A DNA stretch of 64,000 nt, taken from Kiritimatiellia bacterium. GTDB taxonomy: Bacteria > Verrucomicrobiota > Kiritimatiellia > RFP12 > JBMNHG01. This document shows positions 60,090-64,000 of this stretch, piece by piece. A program made the translations under genes and the position numbers. Position 1 is the first letter of the stretch. Each line of letters begins with the position of its first letter. The notes under the pieces were generated by a model, which was given only the letters and a program-made list of their open reading frames with translations, was not told the DNA's origin and made no database searches. The stretch is from the NCBI GenBank assembly GCA_050950285.1, contig JBMNHG010000003.1, forward strand, positions 678,337 through 742,336, in the 5' to 3' direction.

Positions 60090-63000
60090 ATGTCGGAAGA
60101 AACGATCGTGGAGACCGTGGAAGGCAACGGGACAAGGAACGGCAAACGGGGCCTTTTGCCCCTTCTCGCGGCGGCGCTCGTGGCTGCGGGCATCATCCCC
60201 GCATCCGAACGCGCGGCGGCGCAGGGAGGCGCGGCTGTCGCGCTCCCCGTCCGTGCGCCGCGTCCGGCGCCCGCCACGCCGCTGGAGATGGCGCTGCGGC
60301 TCGAGCGCGAGCTGGCGAGGGGCGCGGGCAGGCTCATGCCGGATCCGGAGCGACGGCTTGCCTTGGATGGCGGCCTCATCCCCCTGGATGACGCGGGCGG
60401 GGAGTTCCCGGACGATTTTCTGGCGGGGCTCGTTCCGGAAGAGGCCGACGGCATCGAGGTGTGGCGCGTGGTGCTGAACGTGGACGACTCGACCGGCGGC
60501 GTGCTGTTCTACAACGCATCCGGCGGGCTTTTCTGGTCGGTCGCCGCCGACGTTGGCGTCTGGTCGGCGGATTGGATCGCCAGGCTCCACTCCCCCGACG
60601 GCACGGCCGCAGACTTTTCCGGCATCGAAGCAAGGTGCGGGGAACTGCTGGCCAAACCGTCGCGCGCGGAGTGGTCTGATCTGGCCCTCTACCATGCGGC
60701 ATGGCTGGACACGCGGCAGTTTTTCCAGCCCTCGCATGTGGAAATGGCGTTCACCTTCATTCTCCAGGAGGACCTTGAAGCCTTCCGTTCCGCCGGATCG
60801 GCCGCGGGGGCACAGGCCGCGGCCGGCGCACCCATGGCGGCGCCCGCCTCGCCGGCCGGGCTGGCCGCGACCGGCATCGAGGCCGGCACGAATGGCGTCG
60901 CGCTCTCCGCCGCATGGCCGACAAACACGGTGATCGCCGGCGGCGCGCTGGACATCTTCTTCAGCCGTACCCTGGCCCCGCCCGCCTGGACGAACCTCTG
61001 GCAGGTCGAGGTCAATCCCGTGGCGGGCGGGGTGGACATCGTCATCCCCCGCTCCGAACTGCCTCCGCCGCCGGAGATCCCGGCCGCCGCGTACACCACG
61101 AACATCGCGGCGTCGGCTTACGATCCGGATGTCGTCTACACGAACATTATCTGCACCAACGCCGCCTGGATGGTGGACTCGGGCTTCTTCCGCCTCGCCG
61201 ATCTTGCCGACTCCGACGGCGACGGGATTACCGACGCCGGCGAAAAGTGGATGCACGGGACGCGCTTCGACCTTGCCGACTCCGACGGCGACGGCATGCC
61301 GGACGGCTGGGAGGTCGCCAACGGGCTCGACCCCCTCGCCGCCGACGCGCTGTCCGATCCCGACAACGACCGGGCGCCCGCCGTCTACGAGTTCCACCAC
61401 GGCACAAACCCGAACTGTCCGGACAGCCACCTGATTCCGACGTTGCGCGTCGACCCCGCCGCGGCCGCCACCAACGCCTCGTCTCATGCTTCGATCAGGG
61501 CCGCCTTCGCCGCCTCGGCGCCGTACTCCGTCATCGAAGTCGCCGACGGCCTTTATTCGGGGCGGGCCAACGCCGGACTCTGGTTCCCCGCCCATCCCGT
61601 CCTGCTGATGTCGGAGGACTGGGGCGCCTCGCGGCTGGCGACAATCGCCTACGAGGACGATCTGGCCGCCTTCTACATGAACGCGCGCCAGGACAATCGC
61701 ACCATCGTCCGCGGATTGAACCTGCGCCTCGGCGGCGCCACCCCCTACCAGATCGGCTTCTGGCTGGGCGACGGCCCCCCCATCGCGCCCGACAAGGGCG
61801 CCGCGCCCGTCTTCGAGGGGGTGACGGTCGAGCTCGGCGCCAGCGACGTCAACGTCGGCTTCTTCTGCCGCCACTCCGCCCCCGGCGCGGTGCGCTTCGA
61901 GAACTGCGTGATCCGCGGGAAAAGGGGCGCGGGCAAGTCCATGCGCGGCATCTACGCCATCGACGACGCCCCCGCCATGGGCGCGCACACCGTCACCCAG
62001 TTCGCGGGGAACGCCTCGTTCTCCTTCCCCTTCTCGTTCGCGCCCGGCACAAGCCTCTGGATCAAGGCCGCCTGCGACATGGACCGCGACGGCGTGATCG
62101 ACCCCGCGACCGAGCCGGTCTACGGGGCGCTGTTCCTGACGTTTTTCCCCCGGGTCTCCATCGAGATCGGCGACTTCGACGGGGACGGCGTGAACGACTG
62201 GCTGGAGAACCAGTACGGCTCCAGCCCGACCAACCCCGCCTCCTGCCACGTCACGGTCGGCGGCGCCATCACCAACCTCTACTCGGACATCTTCACCAAC
62301 CATGTGACCTGGGGCCTCTCCGCCTCCGGATGGAACGAATCCAACGCCGTCCGGATCGTGAAGGAGGGCGGTTTCCAATTCCCGTCCGTCCCCGCCAACA
62401 GTGCGCGCTCCATCTACGTCAAGGCGTTCTGCGACCTCGACGGCGACGGCATCCGCGATGCCGCCACCGAGCCGCTCTATGTGGCCTGCGTGACGGATTT
62501 CGCCAGACCGACCGTCTCGATCTGCATCAACGACTTCGACAGGGACGGCGTGCCCGACAACGAGGAGGTCGCCGAGGGCACCGATCCCGCCGACGGCAAC
62601 AACTACTGCTTCTCCGCCAGCGGCGTCTTCACCAACAAGCTGTGGCTGGAGACCGACGTCCGGCTCGCGTTCGAGCGGGTTGAGGATACCGTCGTCACGA
62701 CGCTGGTCGACTTCGCGCCGACGAACGGCCCCTTCGCCCTGCCCCACGTGTCCACGACCGTGCCGGTTGCATGGCGCCTGCGATGCTACAACGACGACGA
62801 CGGCGACCACGCCTGCGGCACCAACGAGTTCTGCCACATGTGCCTCCTGGTGCGCCGGCACCACGACGTCCGGTGCAACATCACGGTGGACGACCGGACC
62901 TTCGACACGGACGGGGACGGCATGTCCGACCTGTGGGAGAGGCTCTACGACGCCGTCGCCATCGGCGTCCCAGACGCGCTGGAAGACCCCGACGGCGACC

Positions 63001-63872
63001 TGCTCGTCAATCTCCACGAATGCTGGAGCGGGACGGACCCCGGCATCGCCGACGTCACCACCAACACCAGCGCGCTGGCCAACGCCGCCTTCGCCATCGA
63101 CAGCCGCATCGCGGGCAAGGATCCGGCCGTCGCCCTGCCGCTCTTCGAGAACTACCTCGCCAACGGGGCCGACGGCGTCTTCCTCCGCAACACCAACTGC
63201 TGGGCCGCAGATCTCGATTTGACCTGCTGCAGCCCGTGGAACAGCTGCGAAAACAACGAGAAAGCCGGTACGCTCATCAGCCCGCGGCATGTCCTCTTCG
63301 CGGCGCACCATGCATTGCCGGCGGGCTGCTTCGTATACTTCGTCGACCGCCAGAACAACGTCATCACGCGGAAACTCGTGGCGAAGAGACAGCATCCCCG
63401 CTACTCTGGCCCTTCAATGCACGCTTATGATATTACCGTGGGCCTGCTTGATGCCGATGTGCCGACGAACCAGATCTCGTTTGCCAGGGTGCTTCCGGAC
63501 AATTACGCCGACTATATCCGCACCGGGGCGCGTCTTCCCGCCATACGTCTCGACCAGGAGGAGAAGGCGCTGGTCGGTGATTTGTGGAATGTAACGGCAA
63601 GTGATCCACGAGGGACCTCCAAATTCCAGTCCCCCGCAGACCCCTCCAGATATTCGTTCTATGAGCGCGTCATCGGTGGCGACTCGGGCAATCCCGCTTT
63701 GATTGTGGTTTCTGGCGAACCGGTTTTGCTTACGGTGTGGACTTTTGGGGAGGCAGGCTCCGGCACCTCCGTGACCGCCTTCAAGGCCGACATCAACCGG
63801 TTGATGTCCGATCTCGGCGGCGGCTACCGGCTTACCGAGGCGGATCTCACCGGCTTCACCCCGCTTCCGTGA
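60090..63872 (+). CDS. Large exported protein with DxDxDG (TSP3-like) repeats and a C-terminal trypsin-like serine protease domain
   Basis: Hydrophobic N-terminal segment; DSDGDGITD, DSDGDGMPDGWE, DFDGDGVND, DTDGDGMSD; GTLISPRHVLFAAHH, DITVGLL, GGDSGNP. Confidence 0.82.
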   Translation: MSEETIVETVEGNGTRNGKRGLLPLLAAALVAAGIIPASERAAAQGGAAVALPVRAPRPAPATPLEMALRLERELARGAGRLMPDPERRLALDGGLIPLDDAGGEFPDDFLAGLVPEEADGIEVWRVVLNVDDSTGGVLFYNASGGLFWSVAADVGVWSADWIARLHSPDGTAADFSGIEARCGELLAKPSRAEWSDLALYHAAWLDTRQFFQPSHVEMAFTFILQEDLEAFRSAGSAAGAQAAAGAPMAAPASPAGLAATGIEAGTNGVALSAAWPTNTVIAGGALDIFFSRTLAPPAWTNLWQVEVNPVAGGVDIVIPRSELPPPPEIPAAAYTTNIAASAYDPDVVYTNIICTNAAWMVDSGFFRLADLADSDGDGITDAGEKWMHGTRFDLADSDGDGMPDGWEVANGLDPLAADALSDPDNDRAPAVYEFHHGTNPNCPDSHLIPTLRVDPAAAATNASSHASIRAAFAASAPYSVIEVADGLYSGRANAGLWFPAHPVLLMSEDWGASRLATIAYEDDLAAFYMNARQDNRTIVRGLNLRLGGATPYQIGFWLGDGPPIAPDKGAAPVFEGVTVELGASDVNVGFFCRHSAPGAVRFENCVIRGKRGAGKSMRGIYAIDDAPAMGAHTVTQFAGNASFSFPFSFAPGTSLWIKAACDMDRDGVIDPATEPVYGALFLTFFPRVSIEIGDFDGDGVNDWLENQYGSSPTNPASCHVTVGGAITNLYSDIFTNHVTWGLSASGWNESNAVRIVKEGGFQFPSVPANSARSIYVKAFCDLDGDGIRDAATEPLYVACVTDFARPTVSICINDFDRDGVPDNEEVAEGTDPADGNNYCFSASGVFTNKLWLETDVRLAFERVEDTVVTTLVDFAPTNGPFALPHVSTTVPVAWRLRCYNDDDGDHACGTNEFCHMCLLVRRHHDVRCNITVDDRTFDTDGDGMSDLWERLYDAVAIGVPDALEDPDGDLLVNLHECWSGTDPGIADVTTNTSALANAAFAIDSRIAGKDPAVALPLFENYLANGADGVFLRNTNCWAADLDLTCCSPWNSCENNEKAGTLISPRHVLFAAHHALPAGCFVYFVDRQNNVITRKLVAKRQHPRYSGPSMHAYDITVGLLDADVPTNQISFARVLPDNYADYIRTGARLPAIRLDQEEKALVGDLWNVTASDPRGTSKFQSPADPSRYSFYERVIGGDSGNPALIVVSGEPVLLTVWTFGEAGSGTSVTAFKADINRLMSDLGGGYRLTEADLTGFTPLP

Positions 63873-63899
63873 CACGAAACACTGAAGAAGGAGTCTCCC

Positions 63900-64000
63900 A
63901 TGAAACGATGCAGAAAACTCCGATGCGCCGCTTTTGCTCTGCCCCTGTTTCTGGCGACAGCCGCGCCCGCCGCGACGGTCGTGTGGGGCGCCGTTCAATT
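63900..64000 (+). CDS. Secreted protein, 5' fragment (runs off the right edge)
   Basis: AAGGAG RBS, ATG 63900, MKRCRKLRCAAFALPLFLATAAPAATVVWGAVQ signal-peptide-like. Confidence 0.7.
   Translation, partial: MKRCRKLRCAAFALPLFLATAAPAATVVWGAVQ

Overview
GC-rich bacterial genomic window with no rRNA, tRNA, CRISPR array, integrase or transposase gene that I can see. Gene content suggests a PVC-superphylum organism (Kiritimatiellae/Lentisphaerae-like), which is an inference. Left to right: a partial membrane-protein gene, a GH52 beta-xylosidase, a 7TM-HD phosphohydrolase plus ybeY, a DUF2490-like outer-membrane barrel divergent from a complete pstSCAB-phoU-phoBR operon with a Pho-box-like repeat, an ABC-F ATPase, a 1297-aa secreted propeller protein and a sorbitol-6-P dehydrogenase-like SDR. 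A long minus-strand run follows (V-type ATPase E-C-A-B-D-I-K, mpg, GHMP kinase, TolQ/TolR/TolA-like genes, Asp-box propeller, ROK). Next come a decayed membrane-protein gene split by a 276-bp inverted-repeat-bounded element with two tandem REP-doublet units, P-II/DUF1538, an SGNH hydrolase, a flavin reductase, an SDR, an aconitase and a six-gene (pseudo)pilin cassette. The right end holds an FmdB Zn-ribbon gene, glmM, a GH3, a polyferredoxin, a four-gene operon (Cys-rich multi-metal-site protein, HlyD-type adaptor, asymmetric heterodimeric ABC exporter), an HU with a Lys/Ala/Cys N-terminal tail, and a 1260-aa DxDxDG-repeat protein ending in a trypsin-like protease domain of different base composition. 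Frameshifts cluster in about 2.6-8.3 kb and look like long-read indel errors. All family calls are from motif recognition only; no searches were run.
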